This document shows, one piece after another, positions 44,263 through 52,857 of a DNA stretch of 64,000 bases. The translations under genes and the position numbers were made by a program. The notes beneath the pieces are model-generated. The model had not been told where the DNA came from, did no database searches, and saw only the letters and a list, made by a program, of their open reading frames with translations. The stretch covers positions 769,974 to 833,973 of the forward strand of contig JBAUPV010000030.1 of assembly GCA_049580385.1 (NCBI GenBank), written 5' to 3'. Within the stretch, counting starts at the first letter, position 1. Each line of letters starts with the position of its first letter. Source of the DNA: Desulfobaccales bacterium (GTDB lineage: Bacteria; Desulfobacterota; Desulfobaccia; Desulfobaccales; 0-14-0-80-60-11).

Positions 44263-44736
44263 TTAATCTAAAATAGTTCCCTTATCCAGCTCCAGGAGCA
44301 TGGGGACCTCGTCGCAAAGATCCGGATATTTGATGCAGTCCTTACACTCGCTCCAAATATGGGGCGGCAAATCTTCTTTAGGAAATTTTCGAAAGCCTAA
44401 TCTTTTGAAGAACTCAGGGCGGGTAGTAAGTGCAAAAATCTTTTGCAACCCTATGGTTCTTGCCTCTTCCAGGCATTTTTTAACCAATCGGGAGCCCATT
44501 CCCTTTTTTTGAAATTCCGGCAAGACTACCACGGAGCGAATCTCGCCGAAATCCTCCCAATATATGTGCAGGGCGGCGACGCCAATTAACGGGGACCCGT
44601 CAAGGCGATAGACGAAGTATTCCCGTAGTTGGCTGTAAAGATCAGCTTTAGTCCGGGGCAGGACATCCCGATCGGCGAAGTCGTGCAACATCCGCCAGAT
44701 TTCCGGGACTTCGTATATTTGGGCCTTGCGAATCAT
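44263..44736 (-). CDS. GNAT-family N-acetyltransferase
   Basis: 157 aa. GVAALHIYWEDFGEIRSVVVLPEFQKKGMGSRLV contains the acetyl-CoA binding motif. Confidence 0.8.
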   Translation of the reverse strand: MIRKAQIYEVPEIWRMLHDFADRDVLPRTKADLYSQLREYFVYRLDGSPLIGVAALHIYWEDFGEIRSVVVLPEFQKKGMGSRLVKKCLEEARTIGLQKIFALTTRPEFFKRLGFRKFPKEDLPPHIWSECKDCIKYPDLCDEVPMLLELDKGTILD

Positions 44737-44884
44737 TTTGGGTTAAAAGGGTTACGGTAACATTTTCGCTAAGTTATAATCTTTTAACGGTGCTGATTTT
44801 TTTGCCGCCGACTGTGCGGCGGATGGGGCGCCTGCCTGCCAGCACATCATATCAATTATATCATCTTTTTGGGGATAGGAATAC

Positions 44885-45391
44885 ATGACAGTCATTGCCA
44901 AAGATCGATACGTGGTCGTGGAATACCGCATGCGCCTCGATTCCGGGGAACAGATTCGGGGCAACGCCGAAGCGCCGGCCTATCTGCAATTCGTGGCGGG
45001 CTACGGCGAGGTGCTGCCGGGGTTGGAACGCCGCCTTTGGGGGCTTAGGGAGCAGGAGGCGGTGGAGTTCCTGGTGCCCGCGGCAGAGGCCTTCGGCGCT
45101 TATGAGCCGGAAAACATCCAGGTTTGGAGTCGCAAGGTCTTTCCGTTGGACATGGAATTGCGGGTGGACCAGAAGGTGCTGCCGGCCAATCTGCCCTTCC
45201 CGCCGGAATATCCTCTGACCATCAAGGAAGTGAGGGAGGACGCCGTCATCCTGGATATGAACCACCCGCTGGCCGGCCACGATCTGCACTACATGGTGCG
45301 GGTGCTGGAGGTGCGGCCGGCGACCGCAGCGGAATTGGAGCCGCTCAAGCAGTGCAAGTCTTGCAAGGAAACGACGAGTTGCGGGACCTGA
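44885..45391 (+). CDS. slyD: FKBP-type peptidyl-prolyl isomerase, SlyD-like
   Basis: 168 aa. It has GYGEVLPGLERRL, DMNHPLAGHDLHYMVRVLEV and the Cys-rich tail CKSCKETTSCG. Confidence 0.8.
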   Translation: MTVIAKDRYVVVEYRMRLDSGEQIRGNAEAPAYLQFVAGYGEVLPGLERRLWGLREQEAVEFLVPAAEAFGAYEPENIQVWSRKVFPLDMELRVDQKVLPANLPFPPEYPLTIKEVREDAVILDMNHPLAGHDLHYMVRVLEVRPATAAELEPLKQCKSCKETTSCGT

Positions 45392-45416
45392 GGGCGGCTG
45401 ATTGGCCTTGCCGCGC

Positions 45417-46874
45417 TTAGCGGGATTGGGAGAGCCTAAGCTCCCGGCCGGGCGCAGGCGGCCGGGCCGGAACGCCTGCCAGGGCCAGGGCTTGCCGCCG
45501 GTACTCCCGGGCGCGCCGCACCAGGCCCGGGGCCCATTGGGGCGATCCCAAGGCGTGGAGGTGGGTGTAAGTGGCCAGGACGTTTTCCCGGATGAGGCCT
45601 TCCCGCTGCCCCCCCATACCGGTGCCCCGGGTGAGCCGGAAGGCCATGGCGGCCTCGGCTGCCGGTTCTGGGGAGATTTGAGAGTAGTGGAACTCGTGGC
45701 CCCGGAGCCGGGCGCCCAATGGGAAGAAGGGGTTCTCCCGGACCACTTCCAGAGTGGTGTACCCGTGGCCCTGGGGTCTTTTTTCCATGACGAAATCGTA
45801 GGGGAAAAGTCCCACCATAGGGAACCTGTCTCCCCGGACCTGAATGTTCTTGCCCAGGTACATGAGACCACCGCATTCAGCATAGATGGGGAGGCCCGCG
45901 AGGGCCGCGGCCTTGACCGCCTGGCGGAAACTGACGTTATCGGCCAGACCCTGGGCGTGGGTCTCGGGAAAGCCGCCACCGATATAGAGGCCATCGAGTC
46001 CGGGAGGCAGGAGGGGATCGTCCAGGGCGCTGATCTCCACCAGTTTGGCGCCTTGACGCTCCAGGGCCTCCAGGTTTTCCGGATAGTAAAATTGAAAGGC
46101 TGAGTCCCGGACTACCCCGAGGGTTACCGGCGTTCCCCGGCTGGCCAAAGGAGTGAGGTGGGGGCCGGATTGCGTCGGCAGCGGCGGCGCCTGGGCCGCC
46201 AGGCGCCAGAGGCCCTCCAGGTCCAGGTAACGGTGGGCCAGCTCCCTGGCGGTGCAGATGGCCTTGAGGGCCATGGCGTGCTCCTGCGGGGGCACGAGGC
46301 CCATGTGGCGTTCCGGAAAGACTTCGCACTTGAGGCGGGGAATGGCCCCTAGCACCGGCAGGCCGCAGTAGCGTTGGATGGTGCTCCGCAGCATCTCTTC
46401 ATGGCGCGGCCTCGCCACCTGGTTGAGAATCACCCCCCGGAGGGGGACTTGGGGGTCGAAGTGCTGACAACCGAGGACCAGGGCGGCGGCGGTGCGGGTG
46501 GTCATGGTGCAGTCCACCACCAACACCACCGGAGTGGCCAGAAATTTGGCCAGCTCGGCGGTGCTGTAAGTTCCCTGGGCATCCAGGCCGTCGTAAAGAC
46601 CGCGGTTGCCTTCAATGAGGAGGGCGTCTGCGTGGTTGGCGTGACGGACCACCATGGCCATAATCTGGTCCCCTTCCATGAGGAAGGGGTCCAGATTGTG
46701 GCTGGGGCAGGCGGCGGCCAGGGCGTGCCAGGCCGGGTCGATGTAGTCGGGACCCTTCTTGAAGGGCACCAGGCGTCGTCCCTGGTCGCGCCAGGCGGCC
46801 AGGAGCCCCAAGGTTAGGGTGGTCTTGCCCGCCCCACCCCGAAGGGCGGCCAGCAGCAGGCGGGGGCAGTTCAT
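45417..46874 (-). CDS. dsrN: CobB/CbiA-family amidase, DsrN (siroheme amidation)
   Basis: 485 aa. It has the LRGGAGKTTLTLGLLAAW P-loop and a C-terminal GATase-like YAECGGLMYL. The ATG overlaps the dsrD stop (TAATG). Confidence 0.8.
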   Translation of the reverse strand: MNCPRLLLAALRGGAGKTTLTLGLLAAWRDQGRRLVPFKKGPDYIDPAWHALAAACPSHNLDPFLMEGDQIMAMVVRHANHADALLIEGNRGLYDGLDAQGTYSTAELAKFLATPVVLVVDCTMTTRTAAALVLGCQHFDPQVPLRGVILNQVARPRHEEMLRSTIQRYCGLPVLGAIPRLKCEVFPERHMGLVPPQEHAMALKAICTARELAHRYLDLEGLWRLAAQAPPLPTQSGPHLTPLASRGTPVTLGVVRDSAFQFYYPENLEALERQGAKLVEISALDDPLLPPGLDGLYIGGGFPETHAQGLADNVSFRQAVKAAALAGLPIYAECGGLMYLGKNIQVRGDRFPMVGLFPYDFVMEKRPQGHGYTTLEVVRENPFFPLGARLRGHEFHYSQISPEPAAEAAMAFRLTRGTGMGGQREGLIRENVLATYTHLHALGSPQWAPGLVRRAREYRRQALALAGVPARPPAPGRELRLSQSR

Positions 46875-47119
46875 TAATTTCTCTTCGCTGCGCCTTCTTC
46901 GTGGGGAATCTCGATGAAGCTCCCGCCAAAGTAAGTGTAAACGCAGCGACCGTTGTCGATCAAGTCCTTGATGGCGAATTTCACCATGGTCTTGTCCTGG
47001 TCAGGATGCTCTTTGAGCACGGCCTTCTGCAGGTCCATGGCCTTGAGCTGCTTCTTGCCCTGGACCGATTTGACCAGGTTGTAGATGAATTCCACCAACT
47101 CTTCTTTGGATAGTGCCAT
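46874..47119 (-). CDS. dsrD: DsrD
   Basis: 81 aa immediately after dsrB, with KFAIKDLIDNGRCVYTYFGGS. Confidence 0.8.
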   Translation of the reverse strand: MALSKEELVEFIYNLVKSVQGKKQLKAMDLQKAVLKEHPDQDKTMVKFAIKDLIDNGRCVYTYFGGSFIEIPHEEGAAKRN

Positions 47120-47133
47120 TTATCCCACCTGCT

Positions 47134-48204
47134 TTAAAATTTAAAATGCATCGACGTCCGATAGGTGTCATAAGCCCAGCGGTAGTCGTCGATGTGCTGG
47201 AACATGAAGGGAATGTCGCAAACCTCGAAGAACTTCTCCCAACCGATGCGCTCCACCCATTCGCCGACGCGTTCCCACTTATTGGCGCCTTCGGCGTACT
47301 TGGTGATAATCTTACGGACGGCCTTCACCACCTCCGGCCAGCGGGGCGGGTTGTTGGGCAGATAGGGCACCGCCAGCTTGGAGAACATAGGCGGGGTCTT
47401 GGAGTTGGAGACCTTGCCGCCCACCAGCAGGGCGACGCCGCCTTTCTGGGCGTCGAACACCGGCAAGGCCGGGCACATGGTGTAGCAGTTGCCACAGTAC
47501 ATGCAGCGCTCTTCGTTGATGATCACGCTCTTTAGGTTCTTGTCTGGATTGGGCCGGATGGCGCCGGTGGGACAGGCGGCGATGGTGGTTGGAATTTCGC
47601 AGAGATGGCGCAGCCGCTCGTGGTTCACCTTGGGCGGGGTGCGGTGGATGCCCAGGATGGCGATGTCGGAGCAGTGCACAGCGCCGCACATGTTCAGGCA
47701 GCAGGCCAGGGCGATGCGCACCTGGGCCGGCAGCTTGTGGCTCCCGAAATACTCATACAGATCGTCCATCACCGATTTGACGATGCCTGAGGCGTCAATG
47801 GCCGGGGTATGGCAATGGACCCAGCCCTGGGTATGGACGATATTGCTCACCGAGTGGCCGGTGGCGCCAATGGGCACGCCCATCTTTTTGCAAGCGTCCT
47901 TGACACCGGCGATGTTGTCCTGTTTGGTGAGCAGAAACTCGACGTTGTTCCGGCTGGTGAAGCGCAGATAGCCATCGCAGAATTTGTCGGCGATGTCGCA
48001 CAGTTCTTTGACGAAGTCGGTGGTTACGAGCCGGGGGGACCCGCCGCGGACGGAATAAACCTTGGCGCCGGATTCGGATACGTGCACCAACACTCCGGGT
48101 TCCAGAATCTGGTGATATTTCCATTTGCCGTAGTTCTCTTTGATAACGGGCGGCAAGAATTTATCAAATTTCGGTGGTCCGATATCGGTGATACGCTCAG
48201 CCAT
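47134..48204 (-). CDS. dsrB: Dissimilatory sulfite reductase beta subunit
   Basis: 356 aa. It has [31 protein letters not shown] and the ferredoxin insert [12 protein letters not shown]. The SD is AAGGAGG. Confidence 0.92.
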   Translation of the reverse strand: MAERITDIGPPKFDKFLPPVIKENYGKWKYHQILEPGVLVHVSESGAKVYSVRGGSPRLVTTDFVKELCDIADKFCDGYLRFTSRNNVEFLLTKQDNIAGVKDACKKMGVPIGATGHSVSNIVHTQGWVHCHTPAIDASGIVKSVMDDLYEYFGSHKLPAQVRIALACCLNMCGAVHCSDIAILGIHRTPPKVNHERLRHLCEIPTTIAACPTGAIRPNPDKNLKSVIINEERCMYCGNCYTMCPALPVFDAQKGGVALLVGGKVSNSKTPPMFSKLAVPYLPNNPPRWPEVVKAVRKIITKYAEGANKWERVGEWVERIGWEKFFEVCDIPFMFQHIDDYRWAYDTYRTSMHFKF

Positions 48205-48267
48205 TGTCTTAATTCCTCCTTATCTAATCGCCCCTAAGTCAGCAAAGGACTTCTCTGGGCGCTGATC

Positions 48268-49509
48268 TTACAGTTTGATGTACTTGCGGCCCTTTGCCTC
48301 GGCCTCGAAATCTTCCGGGTGCCAGAAGAAGAAGGGGTTGGCCCGGGGGGTCCGGATGGTCTGCCGGGGCGGTTCCAGGCCCACGGACTGGAAGAAATTC
48401 CGCATGCCCAGGCGCAGCATCAACTCACCGGTGCGCTCCCGGTTCTTGCCGTGTTCCGACCACCATTCATGAATGTTGCCCACCAGTTCCATGAATTCGT
48501 CATAGGGCGCTTCCATGTGCATGAAGGGCACGATCACCCAGCTCATCTGGGCGCCTTCCAGGATGGGGGCGTGGGAGCCCAGGAGCAGGGTGGCGCCGGT
48601 CTCGGTGCCGATCCGCAGGGCCTGAGGCATCAGGCTGATGCAGTGCATGCAATGGTTGCAGTTCTTGTTGTCGATGGCCAGCTTTTTGCCGTCATAGCTC
48701 ATGCAGATAGTGGGGCAGAGGTCGGTGACATCGGCCTTGATATCCAGCTTGGCATAAGGAGTGCCGCCGGCCCGGGGTTTCAGTTCACCGGCCGCATAAG
48801 CCGCCACCGCAGCCTGGTCAATGCGAATGTCATCCTTCCAGACGCCGATGACGCTCATATCGGCCCGGGCCACCGCGGCCACGCAATCGTTGGGGCAGCC
48901 GGAGCATTTGACCTTGAACTTATAGGGGAAGGAGGGGCGGTGCATATCGAACTGGAAGTTCTGGGTGACCTGGTTGCACAGGTCCATGGTGTCATAGCAG
49001 GCGTATTCGCACCGGGCTTTGCCCACGCAGCAACTGGGGGTGCGCATGGCGGAACCGGAACCCCCCAGGTCCCAGCCCTTGGCGGTCAATGCCGCAAAAG
49101 TGGGTTCCAACTCATCGGTGGTGGTTCCCAGAAAGACCATGTCGCCGGTGGAGCCGTGCACGTTCAGGACCCCGGAGCCGTGCTCGTCCCAGATGGCGCA
49201 GAGCTCCCGCAGGGCCTTGCTGGTGTAGAACCAACCCGAGGGCTGGTTGATCCGAATGGTATGGAAGTGCTCCACGCCGGGGAATTCGTCCGGCAGGTCG
49301 GAGTAACGGCCGATGATGCCGGAGCCGTAACCCAGTACGCCCACGATACCGCCGTGCTTCCAATGGGTGATCTTGTCTTTATAGGACCGATCCAACTGCC
49401 GTAGTAAATCGCGGGTTGCCGGCTTTCTGGCGGCCACCCGCTTCAGGTCCTTGACGAAGCTGGGCCAAGGTCCGGTCTCGAGTTGATCCAACAACGGGGT
49501 TTCGGACAT
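48268..49509 (-). CDS. dsrA: Dissimilatory sulfite reductase alpha subunit
   Basis: 413 aa. It has TGPWPSFVKDLK, CCVGKARCEYAC and the ferredoxin domain CNHCMHC. The SD is GGGAGGAG. Confidence 0.92.
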   Translation of the reverse strand: MSETPLLDQLETGPWPSFVKDLKRVAARKPATRDLLRQLDRSYKDKITHWKHGGIVGVLGYGSGIIGRYSDLPDEFPGVEHFHTIRINQPSGWFYTSKALRELCAIWDEHGSGVLNVHGSTGDMVFLGTTTDELEPTFAALTAKGWDLGGSGSAMRTPSCCVGKARCEYACYDTMDLCNQVTQNFQFDMHRPSFPYKFKVKCSGCPNDCVAAVARADMSVIGVWKDDIRIDQAAVAAYAAGELKPRAGGTPYAKLDIKADVTDLCPTICMSYDGKKLAIDNKNCNHCMHCISLMPQALRIGTETGATLLLGSHAPILEGAQMSWVIVPFMHMEAPYDEFMELVGNIHEWWSEHGKNRERTGELMLRLGMRNFFQSVGLEPPRQTIRTPRANPFFFWHPEDFEAEAKGRKYIKL

Positions 49510-49574
49510 TAAACTCTCCTCCCTCTCTTAATGGTCCCCAAAGGGCTTATTCTTTTTTTCACAAAATCATTCCT

Positions 49575-49603
49575 ATCTCATAACATCAGGAGACATTTGT
49601 CAA
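49575..49603 (-). promoter_or_regulatory. Candidate sigma-70 promoter of dsrAB
   Basis: The minus strand reads TTGACA-17 nt-TGAGAT, ~70 nt upstream of the dsrA ATG. Confidence 0.35.
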
Positions 49604-49619
49604 CTAAAAAAATTGGAGT

Positions 49620-50933
49620 CTATGATGCCTCCAGGAATTGCACAGGTCCCAGTTCCTGCAAGGCCTCGGCGCACCGGGCCGCCGGCCCCATCACCATGAC
49701 GACCAGGGACTCGGGGTGCAGATGCTCATCAGCCGCCCTGGCCGCGGTCTTCAAGGAAACGCCGCGAATTTGGTCACAATAACCCTTAAGGTAATCGAGG
49801 CCCAGGTCGAAGAGGTCGATGGATAGCAGTTGGCGGCTGATACCGTTGGGGTTCTCCAGACCCAGGGGGAAATGGCCCACGTGATAACTCTGGGCCTCCT
49901 CCAGTTCCTGGGCTGTGAGTCCCTGTCGGCGGAAGTCCCGGACCACCTGGCCGATTTCCTTCACCACCGCGGCGGTGTTGGCCGCCGGGGTAAAGGTGGA
50001 GATGATGAAGGGACCCGGGGCCCGGCGGAAGGAGAAGCTGCTGCGGATGCCGTAGGTGAAGCCCAGATCCGAGCGGATACGGGTCATGAGTCGGGAGGAG
50101 AAGCCGCCCCCACCCAGGATGTAGTTTACCAGCTTCAGAGGGAAGTAATCGGGGTGCGAGCGGGGCGGGCCCAGGTGTCCGACCCGAATCTCACTCTGGG
50201 TCAAATCGGGCCGGTCCAGGAGATAGATGCCGGGGGAGCAGAGCTTATCAGGGGCCGCAGTGAAGGCCTGGCTGGCGGGGCCGCCGCCGCGAAAGTTCCC
50301 CCAGAGGCGCTCCGCTTCCCGAACCAGGTCGGGGAATGCCACCATGCCCACCGCCAACAGGGTAGAGGTTCCGGGAGTGAACTGGCGCTGATAAAAGCCT
50401 TGCAGGTCAGCGAGCGACAGGGCCTCTATTGTCCTCAGGTCGCCCGCCGCCTGATGGCCGTAAGGCGAATCTCCGAAGAACAGGCGCAGGTAGCGCAGAG
50501 TGGCCAGCTCCCGGGGGTCTTGCAACTGTTGTACCAGCTCGGCGCGGCGGCGCTCCCGGATCAGGAGGAACTCGTCCTCCGGGAAGGCCGGGGTCTGGAC
50601 GACCTCCGCCAGCGTGGCCAGATGTTCCTCAAAATCCTCGGCCAGGCCCTCCAGAGAGACCAGGGTGGCGTCAAAGCCGGAGTGGCCCGAGAGGCTCGCT
50701 CCCCGGGCTTCGATATCCTGGGCCAATTGCAACTGGCTGCGGCTGGAAGATCCCAGGGTGAGAAGCTCCGCGGCCCAGTCGGCCACCCCGGGCTTCCCCG
50801 GCGGGTCGGTCTCTGAGCCCCGCTTGGCCATGAAGGTGAGACTCAGCCACGGCGCTCGGGCGTACTCCACCCCCAGCAGGTTCATGCCGTTGGCCAGGGT
50901 AGCCTGGTGGATTTCGGGGAGAAAGTTTGGCAT
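49620..50933 (-). CDS. M16-family peptidase-like protein lacking the HxxEH zinc motif (non-catalytic partner)
   Basis: 437 aa with insulinase-fold repeats. The N-terminal region reads GVADWAAELL where HxxEH would be. Confidence 0.8.
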   Translation of the reverse strand: MPNFLPEIHQATLANGMNLLGVEYARAPWLSLTFMAKRGSETDPPGKPGVADWAAELLTLGSSSRSQLQLAQDIEARGASLSGHSGFDATLVSLEGLAEDFEEHLATLAEVVQTPAFPEDEFLLIRERRRAELVQQLQDPRELATLRYLRLFFGDSPYGHQAAGDLRTIEALSLADLQGFYQRQFTPGTSTLLAVGMVAFPDLVREAERLWGNFRGGGPASQAFTAAPDKLCSPGIYLLDRPDLTQSEIRVGHLGPPRSHPDYFPLKLVNYILGGGGFSSRLMTRIRSDLGFTYGIRSSFSFRRAPGPFIISTFTPAANTAAVVKEIGQVVRDFRRQGLTAQELEEAQSYHVGHFPLGLENPNGISRQLLSIDLFDLGLDYLKGYCDQIRGVSLKTAARAADEHLHPESLVVMVMGPAARCAEALQELGPVQFLEAS

Positions 50934-50947
50934 ATCGCGTCCTTTTT

Positions 50948-51012
50948 AGTGAGCAGTGAGCAGTAAGCAGTGAACAGTTAAAGACAAGTGATCAGTGATC
51001 AGTGGCCAGTCA
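50948..51012. repeat. Degenerate tandem heptanucleotide array (AGTGAGC type)
   Basis: The array reads AGTGAGC AGTGAGC AGTAAGC AGTGAAC AGTTAAA ... GATCAGT GATCAGT GGCCAGT. Confidence 0.8.
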
Positions 51013-51202
51013 GTAGGGTGGGCACTGCCCACCGATTCCTTATAATCAAAATTTGAGATGGATGTGTTCGCTGCAATTGTTCAGGTCAAGGCTCCGCATG
51101 ATGGGTTAAGGGGACCTGTGAAAGCTGCATTACCTGGTTTTCCTTTTATCGAAAACCGGAAACCGCTTTATAAGGATTAATGGTGGGCAGTGCCCACCCT
51201 AC
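51013..51202. repeat. 190-bp inverted-repeat (MITE-like) element
   Basis: The left end is GTAGGGTGGGCACTGCCCACCGATTCCTTATAA (51013-51045). The right end, as reverse complement of 51168-51202, is GTAGGGTGGGCACTGCCCACCATTAATCCTTATAA. Each end contains the self-complementary GGTGGGCA-N-TGCCCACC. Confidence 0.7.
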
Positions 51203-51260
51203 ACGGCTTTTGTTCACGCAAACGGCCCCAGTCTTATATGGCGGCCTATGACCGCTGCAA

Positions 51261-51316
51261 CTGACCCCTGGTCCCTAACCCCTGGCTACTGACTACTGAC
51301 TACTGACTACTGCTCA
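51261..51316. repeat. Tandem heptanucleotide array (CTGACTA type), mirror of the left array
   Basis: The array reads CTGACCC CTGGTCC CTAACCC CTGGCTA CTGACTA CTGACTA CTGACTA CTGCTCA. The last unit contains the stop of the M16 gene. Confidence 0.8.
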
Positions 51317-52642
51317 CGCCAGGGGCCCCAAAGAGGCGCTCTCCTCGGGCGAGACCGGCTGCAGGGTGACCACGGTGCGATTGTCCGGACGCAGGTAGGT
51401 CTGGGCCACCCGCAGGATGTCCGCCTCGCTGACCGCCTCGAAGGAGGCCAGGATGCGGTTGGCCCGGGAGGCGTCGCCGGTCTTCAGGTGAAAGAGTCCC
51501 GCCAGCAGGCCCCGGAAGAAATTGTGGGAAAGGCTTTTGACCATTTGGGACCGCACCAATTTCTTGGCCCGGGCCAACTCGAGAGATTCGACTCCGTCCC
51601 GGCGCAGACGCTCCAGGGACCGCCACATCTCCTCTTCCAGGGCCGTCAGGGGGACCCCCGGGGCGGCCACCGCCACCACCACCATGAGGTCGGGATCCTG
51701 GCCCGCAAAGGGCAGGGGGGCCAGCTCCACTTCCAGGGAGGCGGCCTTGCCGGGGCGGACAAATTCCTGGTGAAAGCGGGAGGCCTTACCGCCGGTGAGG
51801 ATCATCGACAAGAGCTGCAAGGGATAATAGTCCAGATGCCCCATGTCCACCACATGGTAGCCCGCCAGCAGGGCCTCCACCTGGGAGACCTTTTTGACCA
51901 CGGCGCGGCGTTCGCCCCGCTGGGGGGGCTCGGAGAAGGGGCGCGGCGGGGTCGTCCCGGGGTTGGGGATAGCCCCGAAGTAGCGGTCCACCAAGTCCCG
52001 GGCCCGACCGGGGTCGGCGTCCCCAGCGATGACCACCGTCAGCTGGCCCGGGTGGTAATGGCTGCGGTAGTACGCCAGGCAATCCTCCAGGCTCAGGTGG
52101 TGCAAATCCTGGTCCCAGCCGATCACCGGCCACTGGTAGGGGTGCTGGGTGTAGGCGGCGGCGAACAGTTCCTCTTCCACCAGACCCAGGGGACTGTCCA
52201 CGCTCCTAAGTTTGCGCTCGCTGATTACTACCTGCAACTCCGGAGCGAAGGTGTCGTTGTTCAGCTTCAGGTGCAGCAGGCGATCCGCCTCCAACTGGAG
52301 GCCCAACTCCAGGTGTTCGGAGGGCAGGTTTTCGAAGTACGAGGTATTATCCCGGGTGGTGAAGGCGTTGATCTCCCCGCCCCGGGACTGGAGGATGCGG
52401 GAGAACTCTTCGGGTCCCCGGGTTTCCGTACCCCGGAACATCAGGTGCTCGAAGAGGTGGGAGATGCCGGTGATCCCCGGCAATTCGTTCCGGGAGCCCA
52501 CATGATAATGGAGCTGCAGGGAGATGATGGGGAGACTGGCGTCGGGCAAGACCAGAAGGGTGAGGCCATTATCCAGGGTGTGTTGCACCAGGTCGATTCC
52601 CGGCTGCCAGGCCGCCGGCGCGAACTTGGGGGATGGGGTCAC
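51314..52642 (-). CDS. M16-family zinc metallopeptidase (catalytic subunit)
   Basis: 442 aa. GISHLFEHLMFRGT contains the HxxEH motif. Confidence 0.85.
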   Translation of the reverse strand: MTPSPKFAPAAWQPGIDLVQHTLDNGLTLLVLPDASLPIISLQLHYHVGSRNELPGITGISHLFEHLMFRGTETRGPEEFSRILQSRGGEINAFTTRDNTSYFENLPSEHLELGLQLEADRLLHLKLNNDTFAPELQVVISERKLRSVDSPLGLVEEELFAAAYTQHPYQWPVIGWDQDLHHLSLEDCLAYYRSHYHPGQLTVVIAGDADPGRARDLVDRYFGAIPNPGTTPPRPFSEPPQRGERRAVVKKVSQVEALLAGYHVVDMGHLDYYPLQLLSMILTGGKASRFHQEFVRPGKAASLEVELAPLPFAGQDPDLMVVVAVAAPGVPLTALEEEMWRSLERLRRDGVESLELARAKKLVRSQMVKSLSHNFFRGLLAGLFHLKTGDASRANRILASFEAVSEADILRVAQTYLRPDNRTVVTLQPVSPEESASLGPLA

Positions 52643-52724
52643 GGGTTCCTCCTGCGGATTTTTCGCCTTCCCTCGCTCAGCAGGGGAGGCGCTTGGATTG
52701 ATCTAGTCTTGGGCTCCATGTGAG

Positions 52725-52812
52725 AAAGGCAAAAGTAAAAAGTAAAAAGGCAAAAAGGAGGCGGCTCCTAATTTTTTCTTTTTTTTCCTTTTTCCTTTTT
52801 CCTTTTGCCTTT
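52725..52812. repeat. A-arm/T-arm heptad palindrome (family B, second copy)
   Basis: AAAGGCAAAAGTAAAAAGTAAAAAGGCAAAAAGG is followed by GGAGGCGGCTCC and then TTTTTTC...TCCTTTT x3 GCCTTTT. AAAGGCAAAAG (52725-52735) pairs with CTTTTGCCTTT (52802-52812). Confidence 0.7.
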
Positions 52813-52857
52813 TCTATTTTACCCCGATCCGGATCGGAGAGATCGGCAAAATTCCTC

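Noticed and set aside
44861-45994. 377-aa minus-strand ORF spanning the slyD-like and dsrN regions
   Set aside because: It runs antisense to slyD and out of frame through dsrN. Its composition is Pro/Arg/Trp-rich.
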